Of a stretch of DNA of 64,000 nt, positions 22,226-33,828 are shown in pieces. Within the stretch, counting starts at the first letter, position 1. The number at the start of each line of letters is the position of its first letter. A program made the position numbers and the translations under genes. The notes under the pieces are model-generated. The model was not told the origin of the DNA, made no database searches, and saw nothing but the letters and a program-made list of their open reading frames with translations. This DNA is from Pseudomonadota bacterium. GTDB lineage: Bacteria; Pseudomonadota; Alphaproteobacteria; Rhodobacterales; Rhodobacteraceae. The stretch covers positions 1,183 to 65,182 of the forward strand of contig JBCCIK010000002.1 of the NCBI GenBank assembly GCA_039028255.1. Direction: 5' to 3'.

Positions 22226-22494
22226 CACGATTCTCCAGAATTTTCTTGAAAATCCCATGTTCCAAACAGGCCCGCCTACCATCTTGCGAAGCAAATTTGA
22301 TAGATACGACATGTTCGGGTTTCATGAAACGCACCGCCTGACCCAATCGATGGGTTCCAGTCAAACCCCGCACAGACCATCTGAGTGGCACAGGCTTGCG
22401 GATGTTAAGCCAGCATGTGGTCTTGCGTGTGGTGGATCGGGGGCCGAACCAAAACGGCATTTCATTTTGATCCTCAGGATGTTGTCTGGCGTGT

Positions 22495-23293
<799 letters not shown>

Positions 23294-23301
<8 letters not shown>

Positions 23302-24271
23302 CCCGTTTTTTCCACAACAGCCAGCCAAAGAAAGGTGCGCCAAGTAAACCGGTCATAAGCCCAACCGGCAGCTGTGCCGGAGGCATCATGCGCCGGGCAA
23401 TGATGTCAGCGGCAACCACCAGGATCGCACCGCACAGAGCCGCCGCCGGGATCAGGGCTTCGTGCCTGTTATGGACCAGTCGCCGGGCAATATGAGGCGC
23501 GGCAAGACCCACAAACGCGACCAGACCGGCTGCGGCCACCGCCGCGCCGGAAATGGCCGCTGTGGCCAGGATCATCAAACCGCGCACAAGGTTGACCCGC
23601 TGCCCCAATGCCTGTGCGACCGGATCGCCGAAAGTGATCAGGTTCAGCTGGCGTGAGGACATCCAGACCAATGTGACCGGCAAAATCAGCCACAGGCCGA
23701 GGACCTCAATCTTGGTCCAGCGGCTGTCCTGAAGGCTGCCCGCCAGCCAGACCATTGCGCGCTGGACCGATGTGATGTCCCCAAATGTCGAAACAAAGCT
23801 GGCCCCGGCCCCGGCACACGCGCTGAGCCCGATGCCCACCAGTATGATCCGCAGCGACGTTGTACCCTGTCGCCAGGACAAGGCGTAGATGGCGCCTGAC
23901 ATGGCGCAGGCACCGGAAAACGTCAGCCAGGGCAACAGGGCGTCGGATACACCTTGCCAATGCACGATCACCAAAACCGCCATCAGTGCCGCGCCCGCGT
24001 TGATGCCCAGTATGCCGGGTTCCGCCAGCGGATTGCGCAACACTGATTGGCTGACCGTTCCGGCAACACCCAGCGCTGCTCCGACCAGAACGGCCATCAC
24101 GGCGCGCGGCAGGCGCAAGGTCCAGACTATCGTGTCGATATAAGCTGGCCCCGCGCCCGGACTGAAAAATGCGGTTCTGAGTTCGGATAGGCTCAGACTC
24201 TGATCACCCAGACACAGGGCCAGACCGAACGCAGTCACTAAAACGACAATCATTGCGGCAAAGGCCCTCAC
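23294..24271 (-). CDS. Iron-siderophore ABC permease (FecCD)
   Basis: LRLPRA, RNPLAEPGILG, FVGLAAPHIARR, LPVG; GTGA overlap start. Confidence 0.93.
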
Positions 24272-25278
24272 CGTGCCAACCCCGAAGACCGACGCGCCAG
24301 CCAAATGAAAAACGGGCCCCCCACCAGCGCCAGAGATATCCCTATGGGGATATCATTGCGCCAGACGGCGCGCGGTAGCGCATCTGCCAGCAAGGTCAGA
24401 AGGGCACCGCCCAGCATGGCCAGCGGCAGAATATTGCGATAATCGGGCCCAAGTGTCAGCCGCACCATGTGCGGTACAACCAGCCCGACAAATCCAAGCG
24501 GTCCGGCAATGGCGACCGATCCTCCGGCCAGAAGGACGACGATACCCGCTGAAACCGCGCGCCACTTTGCCGGGTTCTGTCCCAGACCCTGCGCCACATC
24601 CGCGCCCAGGCTGAGTGCGGTGAACTGATCGCGAAACAGCATCGCCAGGATCAGCCCCAATGCAATATACGGCATCACCTGAACAACGTCGCCCAGCACA
24701 CGCCCGCGTAACGACCCGGCGGTCCAGAGCCGCACGGCGTCCAGCGTTTTGCCGTCGACCAACAGAATGGTCATGGTCAGCACCGCAAGAAAGGTACCGA
24801 TGACAACACCTGCCAGCACCAGTTTGACCGGGGTTGGGCCGGATCGGCCCAGTGCGCCCAGCCCGTAAACCAGAACGGCCGCGACGGCTGCGCCCAAAAA
24901 GGCCGCCCATGCCAAAGCACCGATCCCCGCAGCAGGCCCTTTGATCACGATCAGCACCACAACTGCAAACGCCGCGCCTGCATTGACGCCCAACAGACCC
25001 GGATCGGCCAGAGGATTGTTGGTGGCCGCCTGCATGATTGCCCCGGCCACCGCAAGGGCCGCGCCGACAATGATCGCGGCCAGCACGCGCGGCAGGCGCA
25101 CGGTCCGGATGATCTGCGCCTCGCGGCTGTCGACCGACGGATCGGTCAGCGCCTGTACAACGGTCAGCATTGGAATATGCGTCGACCCGACACTTATTGC
25201 CCAGACTGACAACCCCGCAAGAGCTGTACACAAGACCAGCGTGGGCAGATACCAATTGGTGGTCTGCGTGTTGGTCAT
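24268..25278 (-). CDS. Iron-siderophore ABC permease (FecCD)
   Basis: VRLPR, NPLADPGLLG, FVGLVVPH, GGPFFIWL. Confidence 0.93.
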   Translation of the reverse strand: MTNTQTTNWYLPTLVLCTALAGLSVWAISVGSTHIPMLTVVQALTDPSVDSREAQIIRTVRLPRVLAAIIVGAALAVAGAIMQAATNNPLADPGLLGVNAGAAFAVVVLIVIKGPAAGIGALAWAAFLGAAVAAVLVYGLGALGRSGPTPVKLVLAGVVIGTFLAVLTMTILLVDGKTLDAVRLWTAGSLRGRVLGDVVQVMPYIALGLILAMLFRDQFTALSLGADVAQGLGQNPAKWRAVSAGIVVLLAGGSVAIAGPLGFVGLVVPHMVRLTLGPDYRNILPLAMLGGALLTLLADALPRAVWRNDIPIGISLALVGGPFFIWLARRSSGLAR

Positions 25279-26204
25279 GGTGTGTTGATGATCAACCGCT
25301 CGATATCGTCCAGAACGCGATGGGCCGAGATCAGCCCGCTGAACTCCATCCAGGTGGCTGGGTCAATGCGGTGGACATTCCCTTGCTGTACCGCAGGCAG
25401 CAAATGCCACAGCGGGTTTTCAATCACCTCTTCGTGCCGTCCATCCACATCGCTGTCATTGGTGCCGCCGACGATGTACAGCAGGATATCCCCGTCCAGA
25501 TTGGCCAAATCCTCCCAATCGGGCCGTTTCAGCGACGGGCCGTCAGGCGCGGTTTCATAGGCGCTGCGGATCAGCCCGGCCTCGGCGGCGATTTCAAACG
25601 GCGCATAGGCTTGCGGGCTGTCGGTATAGACCTGAAAATCCCAGGATGTGATCCGAAGGATCGAAACAGCTTTGCCCGGAACCCTGGCACGTATGCTGTC
25701 CAGCCGCTTGTTGTAGGTGTCAAACAAACCGGCAACCCTGTCCTGCTGACCGCTGAGCGCGCCGATCACGTCATAAAAGCCGCGCCAGTCGCCCGAGATA
25801 TCCAGAAGGGTCGGCGCCAGCGCCGACAGCATCGGGTACACGCTTTCGGCCAGTCCGGGGTCACCGGTGAACGCAACGATCAGATCTGGTTGTAGCGCCA
25901 CAAGGCGTTCCAGATTGGGCTCTGTCACAAAACCCAGATCCTCGATCCCTGCGCGCTGTGCCTTTTGCAGCAGGCTTTCGTCGCTCATCCGGGTCAGCGG
26001 CGCACCGACGATGGGCAAACCCAGTTCCAGACCGATGCCCAGGCTGAAGCTCTGATCCAGAACCACCACTCTCTGAGGCCGCTCTGGGACACATAGCGGC
26101 GCGTTGTAGATGCGCGCGTCCTGAATCAGGCGCCCGTCACAGGCATGGGCAACACCGCAGAGCAGTAAAAGTGTTGAAAACGCAGCACCAAGAGTGCGGA
26201 GCAT
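25275..26204 (-). CDS. Iron-siderophore ABC substrate-binding protein
   Basis: Signal peptide, PQRVVVL, EPNLERLVALQPDLI, NPLW.LLPAV..GNV. Confidence 0.92.
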   Translation of the reverse strand: MLRTLGAAFSTLLLLCGVAHACDGRLIQDARIYNAPLCVPERPQRVVVLDQSFSLGIGLELGLPIVGAPLTRMSDESLLQKAQRAGIEDLGFVTEPNLERLVALQPDLIVAFTGDPGLAESVYPMLSALAPTLLDISGDWRGFYDVIGALSGQQDRVAGLFDTYNKRLDSIRARVPGKAVSILRITSWDFQVYTDSPQAYAPFEIAAEAGLIRSAYETAPDGPSLKRPDWEDLANLDGDILLYIVGGTNDSDVDGRHEEVIENPLWHLLPAVQQGNVHRIDPATWMEFSGLISAHRVLDDIERLIINTP

Positions 26205-26325
26205 AGGCCAATCCTCATCATCGCGGACATCTGGCTGAGGTTGTCACTTGACCATTGCTGACGTTGATAAAAACCAGAACACGCGCGGTGTCAACCAAAC
26301 CGGCGATACAGGGTTCTGCGTCCGG

Positions 26326-27105
26326 TCATTGCGGAATGCGGGCCATTTGCGGCAACAAAAACACACCGCTATCGGGGGTGCGATTGACGGCTATGTCACA
26401 GCCATATGCGCGGCTCAAAAGATCGTCCTGCAAGGTCTCGCCTACGCTGCCCTGATGCAGAACACCGCCGTTTGACAGCAGGATAACGCTGTTGGCGCAC
26501 ATGGCGGTCAGGTTCAGGTCATGCATAACCATCATGACACCGCCACCTTGCGCGGCAAAGTTCTGAATAATGGCCATGACTTGCAACTGGTGGCTGATAT
26601 CCAGGCTTGAGACGGGTTCATCCAGAAACAGCCAGCGCGGATCGCCTGACTGTGACACAGGCTCCCACACCTGTACCAGAACGCGGGCCAGCTGAACGCG
26701 TTGTTGCTCTCCTCCGGACAATTCCTGATAAAACCGTCCTTCAAAACCGGTCAGCCCCACCCGGCGCAGGGCCTGAATCGCGATGTGGTCATCCGCGGCC
26801 ATACGCATCCGCCCCATTCGTACCACTTCCAGTACGGTGAACGGAAAGCTCATCGGGGTTGCCTGGGGCAATACGGCACGGATGTCCGCCAGTTCAACAG
26901 CGCTGGCCGTTGCGATGTTCAAAGCGTTGAGCGTAATGCTGCCCTGATAGCCAAGATCACCGGTCAGCGCTGCCAGCAGGGTGGATTTTCCGGCGCCGGA
27001 GGGGCCGACTACCGCTGTGACCTGACCGGGATGTGCGGTCAGACCGATCTGATCCAGAATGGTCCGACGGCCAAGTTTCAAGCTCAGATCGGTTACGGTC
27101 AGCAT
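26326..27105 (-). CDS. hmuV: Heme ABC transporter ATPase
   Basis: GPSGAGKST, RAVLPQ, LSGGEQQRVQLARVL.Q, LFLDEP.S.LD..HQ. Confidence 0.9.
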   Translation of the reverse strand: MLTVTDLSLKLGRRTILDQIGLTAHPGQVTAVVGPSGAGKSTLLAALTGDLGYQGSITLNALNIATASAVELADIRAVLPQATPMSFPFTVLEVVRMGRMRMAADDHIAIQALRRVGLTGFEGRFYQELSGGEQQRVQLARVLVQVWEPVSQSGDPRWLFLDEPVSSLDISHQLQVMAIIQNFAAQGGGVMMVMHDLNLTAMCANSVILLSNGGVLHQGSVGETLQDDLLSRAYGCDIAVNRTPDSGVFLLPQMARIPQ

Positions 27106-27109
27106 GGTT

Positions 27110-28186
27110 CTAAAGATCCACTATTCCGCGCTGACGAAGCAGGATCCACAGGAAGAATGGTGCGCCTATAACGGCAGTAACGATGCCGATCGGCAATTCA
27201 GACGGGGCGATGATGACCCGGCTGATCAGATCGGCAAGCACCAGCAGCGCTGCGCCCAGCAGGGCTGAATTGATCAGCAGATAGCGGTGATCCGGTCCCG
27301 AGGCCAACCTGAGAAGATGCGGCACAACGATGCCCACAAAGCCAATGCCGCCGCTGACAGCGACCGCAGCCCCCGTTGCCGCAGCGACTATCAGCACAGC
27401 ACAGGCTTTCAAGCGCTGAACATGAATACCGATATGACCAGCGGCGGCCTCGCCCAGTGACAATCCGTTCAGCCCGTAGGTCAGGAAAGGCGACAGGAGC
27501 AACGGAATCAGGATCAATGGTGCGGCTATGGCAATCTTGCTCCAGCTGCTGCCCGCAAGCGAGCCCATGGACCAGAATGTGAAATCGCGCAGCTGCGTGT
27601 CATCAGCCATGAACACCAGAATGCCGGTCAGCGCCATGGCGAGTGCCGTTAGTGCGATGCCCGCCAGCAGCATGGTGGCAACAGATGTACGCCCGCGCCG
27701 TGTCGCAACACGGTACAGCAGTATGGTTGTGATCCAGGCTCCGAAAAAGGCGGCCACCGGGACCATCCATGTCCCAAGAACGGCGCCGACGGTCAGCGTG
27801 CTGCCCAGAACGATTGCGCTGACGGCACCCAGACTGGCCCCGGCGCTTACGCCGACGATACCCGGATCCGCCAAAGGGTTGCGGAACAGGCCCTGCAAGA
27901 TTGCACCCGACACGGCCAGGGCCGCGCCGACCAGACAGCCCATTACAACGCGCGGTGCCCTGATATCCAGCAGGACAACCCGGTCACGCACCGACAGCTC
28001 GCGCCCTTGGGCCAGATCCAACATGGATTGCCACAGCGAAGTACCGGCTGCCCCGGTCGCTAGACCCGTAACAGCCGCAGCGATCAGTAAAAGGACCAAG
28101 ACCCGGCTGAGACGCCGCGCTGTTGCCCTCCGGTCGCCTTCGATACCGAAATGCGCCGCACCGGCATCGCTGGCCGGATCAGCCAT
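27110..28186 (-). CDS. hmuU: Heme ABC transporter permease
   Basis: QGLFRNPLADPG, TSVATMLLAGIA, FWSMGSL, ELPIG. Confidence 0.9.
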   Translation of the reverse strand: MADPASDAGAAHFGIEGDRRATARRLSRVLVLLLIAAAVTGLATGAAGTSLWQSMLDLAQGRELSVRDRVVLLDIRAPRVVMGCLVGAALAVSGAILQGLFRNPLADPGIVGVSAGASLGAVSAIVLGSTLTVGAVLGTWMVPVAAFFGAWITTILLYRVATRRGRTSVATMLLAGIALTALAMALTGILVFMADDTQLRDFTFWSMGSLAGSSWSKIAIAAPLILIPLLLSPFLTYGLNGLSLGEAAAGHIGIHVQRLKACAVLIVAAATGAAVAVSGGIGFVGIVVPHLLRLASGPDHRYLLINSALLGAALLVLADLISRVIIAPSELPIGIVTAVIGAPFFLWILLRQRGIVDL

Positions 28187-29042
28187 TGGCGTCGCGCAAA
28201 CCAGCCGCCAGATCGGTGATCGCCTGACCTGTGCGCACTGAAAACCCCAGCAACAGCATACCATCCATGCGCAGCAGATCGCCGTTCCGCCCTGCCGGAG
28301 TTGCGGCGATGGCAGGATGGGTCAGAACCTCTTGGTCCGTCAACGCAGTGTGGCCGCCGGAGTTCATCATCAGGATCACGTCCGGCGCAGCGGTTATGAT
28401 CGCCTCATCGCTCAGCGGTTTGTAACCTTCGAACCCTGCGATTGCGTTGGCAGCCCCCGCCATTTCGATCACCCCTTGTGCCGCAGTATCAGAGCCCGCC
28501 GCAAGAATGCGTCCGCCCTGCATCGACAGAACGAACAGAACCTTTTTATCGGCCAGATCGTTTTCAGCCGTGGCAGTGTCGATGGCGGTCCCAACCTGCC
28601 GGGCCAGGTCCGCGCCTTGTTCAGGCACGCCCAAAGCGGCGGCAACCGCGCTGATTTTGGCCATGACAGCCGCGCGATCATGGCCCATCGGAATGCTGAT
28701 CATGGGAATTTGCGTTTCTGCCAGCACTTCGAGAGTCTCCGGAGGACCAGCGCCTTCTTCCGCCAGGATCATGTCGGGGTTCACCGACAACAGCCCTTCG
28801 GCCGACAGTCGGCGCACATATCCGATATTGGGCAGGTCCAGAACCTCGGGCGGGTGGTTCGAGGTGCTGTCACGGGCCACTAGGCGGTGTTCCTGCCCCA
28901 GCGCATAAATGATTTCGGTAATCGAGCCGCCGGCAGACACGATGCGCTGCGCCGGCTCCGCGATGGTGGGACCAGTGCCAAACGCAAGCGTCAGAACAAC
29001 GCAACACAGCATCGCGCCTAGTTTTCGAGGTTCAAGGATCAT
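28179..29042 (-). CDS. hmuT: Heme ABC transporter periplasmic binding protein
   Basis: RIVSAGGSITEIIYALG, DSTS, heme-ligand GYVRRLSAEG. Confidence 0.92.
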   Translation of the reverse strand: MILEPRKLGAMLCCVVLTLAFGTGPTIAEPAQRIVSAGGSITEIIYALGQEHRLVARDSTSNHPPEVLDLPNIGYVRRLSAEGLLSVNPDMILAEEGAGPPETLEVLAETQIPMISIPMGHDRAAVMAKISAVAAALGVPEQGADLARQVGTAIDTATAENDLADKKVLFVLSMQGGRILAAGSDTAAQGVIEMAGAANAIAGFEGYKPLSDEAIITAAPDVILMMNSGGHTALTDQEVLTHPAIAATPAGRNGDLLRMDGMLLLGFSVRTGQAITDLAAGLRDANG

Positions 29043-30085
29043 ACCGCAGCCTCCTCGGGCAGGGCGTCTAGGGACAGAACCAATGCGTTCCATGCCTCGG
29101 CTGCGTCAGGGTCGGCAAGTATGCCGAAAATCTGCACAATCAAAGCGCCGTCTTCGTCAAACGCCTCTACCGAGATCGCATCGCCGCGCCGGGTTGATTT
29201 GCTGGCCTGCCAGACCTCGGCAATCCGGTCGCTGCGCAAATGCAGATTGAAACCCGGATCCAGAACGTTCAGCCAGGGGCCCATCTGTTTCACAAGCTTG
29301 ATCGGTCCGGTGTGGATTTCGATACAGCCCGGGTTGCCGACAAAAACCATGATAGGCAAAGCGGTGTCTGCCGCATGGTTCAGGATCGTGTCGATGACCG
29401 AGGTTGCCAGCGGTCTTACATATGGCGCGCCTGCCATACGATAGGCCCCAAGGCGGTTAAGTTTCAGTTTGCGCACCATCTGAAGGAACTGATGCGTGTC
29501 GGTGATCTGATCCCATTCCGCGCGCAGACGATCGGTTTTTGCGATGTCTGTTTTTGCCGGTTCCACTTCGGCCCTTGGTTCAACCGACAGATTGTCAGAC
29601 TGGTCCGGTATCTGCACCGCCTCGACCAGTGCATCCCATTCCTTGAACACTGAAGTGTCGCGCAGAAAAATCTTGTGCACAGCGTCGCCGGCCGCATCGA
29701 ACACCTGCACGGACAACCGTTCGCTGCCGTCATCCAGTTTTTTGGTCACGGCAAAAGCATGCACCCAATGCTGTGGGAACAGGCGCAGGTCGATGTCATG
29801 ATTGACGACAAGCGCGGCGTGTTTGCCACCGCGAAATCCATCATAAATCCCGACTTTTTCGATCACGCAGCTGGTGTTGCGTGTCAGCGCCATAACCTCG
29901 CCCAGCCGATTGATCAGGGGCATCAGACGATCCATGTCGGCGCTGATGCGGATAACTCCGTCTCCTGTATGCGCGGCCAGCAGCTGGGCTTCGGAAATAC
30001 CAAGACTGTCCGCCAGATCGCGCTCTCGCATCTTTGGATTTTCAGCCCGCGCCGCACGGATTTCTGACGGGGTCGGATGTGTCAT
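29039..30085 (-). CDS. hmuS: Hemin-degrading/chaperone protein HmuS/HemS
   Basis: RERDLA..LGISEA, MALTRN, IDLRLF, GDAVHK, DTHQF, MVFVGN.GCIEIHTG, FNLHLR. Confidence 0.95.
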   Translation of the reverse strand: MTHPTPSEIRAARAENPKMRERDLADSLGISEAQLLAAHTGDGVIRISADMDRLMPLINRLGEVMALTRNTSCVIEKVGIYDGFRGGKHAALVVNHDIDLRLFPQHWVHAFAVTKKLDDGSERLSVQVFDAAGDAVHKIFLRDTSVFKEWDALVEAVQIPDQSDNLSVEPRAEVEPAKTDIAKTDRLRAEWDQITDTHQFLQMVRKLKLNRLGAYRMAGAPYVRPLATSVIDTILNHAADTALPIMVFVGNPGCIEIHTGPIKLVKQMGPWLNVLDPGFNLHLRSDRIAEVWQASKSTRRGDAISVEAFDEDGALIVQIFGILADPDAAEAWNALVLSLDALPEEAAV

Positions 30086-30204
30086 GGGTGTCTCCCAAAC
30101 GATATCTGGATGCGTAAACACTGCACCCGGAGAACCGGGCGTGGCCGCGTTGACATCTGACCTACAGTCTCTGCCATGTGGCATCAAGGGCACGCTCATC
30201 TTTT

Positions 30205-30221
30205 CTGACAAAAAGACTATG
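30205..30221. promoter_or_regulatory. Degenerate Iron-Rhodo/IRO-like box between hmuS and the TBDR
   Basis: CTGACAAAAAGACTATG (one good half-site), next to a minus-strand TTGACT. Confidence 0.35.
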
Positions 30222-30392
30222 GTATTGCGAAGTCAAGCCTCATATTGTCCCGCGCCCAGAGGCCCGTTGTAACACGCCCGTGTGCACAGGCCGCGAACGA
30301 AACCCAGCAGACTGCAAGGTAACACCACAAATTCGCCCACTCTGGGCGGGTGCATCACTCACTGTACCTAATGATTTTTTTTGGGGGTCAAA

Positions 30393-32429
30393 ATGAAAAC
30401 AACGCCAAGGCGTTCCACAACTTTTGCCGCTTTGATGGGAACTGCAATCGCAGCTTCGCCGGTTTGGGCGCAACAGCAGGATGACGAGGTCATTCAACTG
30501 GGCGATATCATAATCACCGGCACGGGCATTCCCACCGAAGTCTTCGAAAGCCCCGGCTCGGTGACGGTTGTGGATCAAGGCGAAATAAGCGAGGTCGCCC
30601 CGACCTCGGTTGCCAATCTGCTGTCAGACGTTCCGGGCATTCAGGTTACTGAAAACGATCTGGACCGAATTCGCATCCGCGGGGAAGAATCGCAACGCGT
30701 CGCGGTTCTGCTGGACGGTCAGCGCCTTTCGGACCACAACCGGTACGGCACGCCGTTGCTGGTGTCTCCGACCGATATTGAGCGTATCGAGATTGTGCGC
30801 GGTCCGTCCTCGGTTGTGTCGGGTAACCGCGCGATTGGCGGTGTGGTCAACATCATCACGAAGCGTGGTGGGGACAAACCCGCCGAAGTGTCGGGAACGG
30901 CTGGTTATATCGGTGCAAATGACGGCTATCGCGCTGCCGCCAGCATCGCGGGCACTGTCAACAATTTCGATTACCGCCTGTCCTATTCCCAATCGGATCT
31001 GGGTGATCGCAAATCCGCCGATGGCGATCTGGTTCCGTCCAGCAGCGACGACAGCAGCGTTCTTGGCTTTCTGGGTTATCGTTTTGGCCAGAACTACGTC
31101 GGTTTGCGAGCACAGGACTATGACGCATCGACCGAGGTTTTCACCGGCGACCCGAATGCGCGCATCGACCTTCCAAGGCGCGATATCCGAAAATACAGCG
31201 CGTTTTACGAAGGCGAAGACCTGACCCCCTGGATGTCGATGCTGAAATTCAGCGCCTACACGCAAAAGATTGACCGGGTGTTTGATAGCACATTTGTCGG
31301 TACTGGTTTCAGCCCGACAGTTGATGCGGATTCGGATGACGAGCAGACAACAAGTGGTTTTCTTGCGTCGGCCAACTTTGAATTTGCACCGGGGCACCGG
31401 ACAGTGATCGGGCTGGAATACGAAGATGACCGGTTGGAAACAACCAAAGACACTGTCATCACCCCTCCATTTGGTCCGGCAGTGACTGTGAACACCTTTG
31501 ATGATGCCACGATCAAGACCGCGAGTATCTACGGCCAGCACGAAATCACATTTGGCCAGTTTGTCGCGACACTGGGCGCCAGATATTACCACGTCGAAAG
31601 CGATCTGGAGGAATCGACGGTAAATGGCATTCAACTGCCGGGTAACAGCAACAGCGATGACCGCTGGCTAGGTTCGGCCGGGTTGGTCTATAACGTGGCA
31701 GAAGATACAATTCTGCGCGCCAACATTTCGCAGGGATATACCTATCCATCCTTGTCGGAATTGTACCTTACGACTTTTGCCGGCGGTGAAACGACCAATG
31801 GCAACCCCAATCTGAAACCAGAGACCGCAACCAATTATGAGATCGGAGCCCGTCTTGATCGCGCCAATCTGGTGCTTGACGCGGTCGTCTTCTACACCAA
31901 GTCAAAGGACTATATCACGCGGGTTCAGGATCCTCTGAACCCCGGGGATTTTGTCTTTGAAAATGTCGACAGCGCAGACAGTCTGGGGTTCGAGATTGCA
32001 GCGGAGCTTGATCCGGGCTGGGGCGGTGTCCGTCCTTATGCGATCGTGTCGAATGTGACACGGGAACTGACCTATGGAAACGGGTTCAGCACCAAGGACA
32101 GCGGCACACCGGAATGGACAGGCACAATCGGTGTTCGGTCGGATTGGCAAACGGCCAGCCTGGACGGGACCTGGGATGTCTTCCTGCGCGCAGAAAGCTC
32201 GGCCCGGCTGGTGGATGAGGACGGGAATGTCGTGGACACCGGCACGCCGACCGATATCAACCCGACCTCTGGCTGGACCACGCTGAACTTTCGCGGGACC
32301 ATGGATCTGAGCGAAAATGCGCGGTTGATTCTGGAACTCAACAACATTCTGGACAAATCCTACCGCGCCAACGATCAGATCCCTGGGGCAGGGCGCAACG
32401 TCAGCCTGTTTGTTTCGGCCACGTTCTGA
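30393..32429 (+). CDS. TonB-dependent receptor (heme/siderophore)
   Basis: Signal peptide, IERIEIVRGPSS, GGVVNIITK, NPNLKPE, NILDKSY, PGAGRN, terminal Phe. Confidence 0.93.
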   Translation: MKTTPRRSTTFAALMGTAIAASPVWAQQQDDEVIQLGDIIITGTGIPTEVFESPGSVTVVDQGEISEVAPTSVANLLSDVPGIQVTENDLDRIRIRGEESQRVAVLLDGQRLSDHNRYGTPLLVSPTDIERIEIVRGPSSVVSGNRAIGGVVNIITKRGGDKPAEVSGTAGYIGANDGYRAAASIAGTVNNFDYRLSYSQSDLGDRKSADGDLVPSSSDDSSVLGFLGYRFGQNYVGLRAQDYDASTEVFTGDPNARIDLPRRDIRKYSAFYEGEDLTPWMSMLKFSAYTQKIDRVFDSTFVGTGFSPTVDADSDDEQTTSGFLASANFEFAPGHRTVIGLEYEDDRLETTKDTVITPPFGPAVTVNTFDDATIKTASIYGQHEITFGQFVATLGARYYHVESDLEESTVNGIQLPGNSNSDDRWLGSAGLVYNVAEDTILRANISQGYTYPSLSELYLTTFAGGETTNGNPNLKPETATNYEIGARLDRANLVLDAVVFYTKSKDYITRVQDPLNPGDFVFENVDSADSLGFEIAAELDPGWGGVRPYAIVSNVTRELTYGNGFSTKDSGTPEWTGTIGVRSDWQTASLDGTWDVFLRAESSARLVDEDGNVVDTGTPTDINPTSGWTTLNFRGTMDLSENARLILELNNILDKSYRANDQIPGAGRNVSLFVSATF

Positions 32430-32778
32430 GGCAGCGGGTTCAATAAATCGGGGCGGTCGGGCTTGTATGATCGGCCGCCTCTTCCGGATGAGCCCTCTGA
32501 AGGGATGGCCCATTTCCGGTTTTTATGCGCGCTTTGCCCCCGGGATTCAGCGCCAATGTTGACAAAAACAGGCTGAAAATCTACGGCAGGGATCAGCAGG
32601 GCGCATACGCCCGGCAGCCAGATCATGCAATCACAGCTTGGACTGTTGCGATCCAGCCATTGAATTGAACAACCTTCCTGCACAGCCGGGTCCTGTTGGG
32701 CCGGGCCACATCGTCAGTGAAGGTGTGTGATGGTGGATATGCGAGGGCGAAGCCCGCCCTTTTCAGAAAAGAAATGCG

Positions 32779-33828
32779 ATGACGGTTCATCCAGAGTTTC
32801 CATTGCAAGCCGACGCAAGCGTCCCGGGCCTGTCTTACAACGCGATCCAAACGGGTCTGCGGCACGAGGCGCAGACGCGCGGCCTGAACATTTTGTCGGA
32901 CACCGGTGCTGGCATCACTATTCAATTGGTGCGCGGGCTGATGTCCTTTGCGCCTGCCGAGGGGGGTGTGACGGTCACAGTGCAGGCTACCACGCCTGAA
33001 TGGCTGCAATTCCTGAAAGAAAGACTGGTCGACCGTCTTGAACAGTCAGCACCGCAAGTGGTGCAGGACGTGCGCTGGTCGGGCGAGGATCAGGCCGGTC
33101 AGCACCCTCCGAACTTTCGGTTGGCCAGGATCGTTGAGATCAGCGCGGCGGGTCCGGCGTTTCTGCGGGTACGGGCGCAGGCACATGACCTGTCCAGCTT
33201 TCAGGACGACGCCATTCACTTTCGCCTGCTATTGCCCGGCAACACGGCCGGTCCCGTCGTTTGGCCGACGCTGGCCGCCAATGGCGCGGTGCGCTGGCCC
33301 AAGGGCGACAAGGTGTTGCACCGGCCCATCTACACGGTGCGGTCCGTTGATCGCCAGCATGGTATTTTCGACTTTGATATCTTCCTGCATGACGGGGGCC
33401 GCGTAACAGAATGGGTCCGCCGCGCCGCGCCGGGCGAGCAATTTGGTTTGATCGGCCCAAGCGGGGGCGGTATTCCCGAGACAAACCGCATTTTCGCCTT
33501 TGCCGATGAAACCGCTTTTCCAGCCCTTGCGCGCATTCTGGACACCTTGCCGCCCGAAACCACCGGACAAGTCGCATTGCTGGCGCAGGATGGCGATCGC
33601 TGCGGTTATCCGATCCAGGCGCCGCCGGGTGTGTCGCTGATCTGGCACAGGCGCGACTATGGGGTCAGCCTTGCGGATTTGGCTCTTGCGGCGGATCCCG
33701 TCTCGACGGGGCATTTCCTGTGGTTTGCCTGCGAAAAGTCCGATGTTCTGCGCATTCGGGCCGCTTACAAAGCCCGTCGGGGCGACGCTTCTCAATCCTA
33801 TATTGCAGCATATTGGAGCCAGTCATGA
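32779..33828 (+). CDS. Siderophore-interacting protein (FAD-binding ferric reductase)
   Basis: HFRLLLP, RPIYTVR, FD.FLH, GP.GG, ADETAFPALARILD, WFACE, AYW. Confidence 0.9.
   Translation: MTVHPEFPLQADASVPGLSYNAIQTGLRHEAQTRGLNILSDTGAGITIQLVRGLMSFAPAEGGVTVTVQATTPEWLQFLKERLVDRLEQSAPQVVQDVRWSGEDQAGQHPPNFRLARIVEISAAGPAFLRVRAQAHDLSSFQDDAIHFRLLLPGNTAGPVVWPTLAANGAVRWPKGDKVLHRPIYTVRSVDRQHGIFDFDIFLHDGGRVTEWVRRAAPGEQFGLIGPSGGGIPETNRIFAFADETAFPALARILDTLPPETTGQVALLAQDGDRCGYPIQAPPGVSLIWHRRDYGVSLADLALAADPVSTGHFLWFACEKSDVLRIRAAYKARRGDASQSYIAAYWSQS

Noticed and set aside
32430-32778. Long structured intergenic region as cobalamin riboswitch, sRNA or hemP gene
   Set aside because: Hairpins and a TTGACA are present, but I could not find B12-box elements or a HemP-like ORF; an Rfam scan would settle it.
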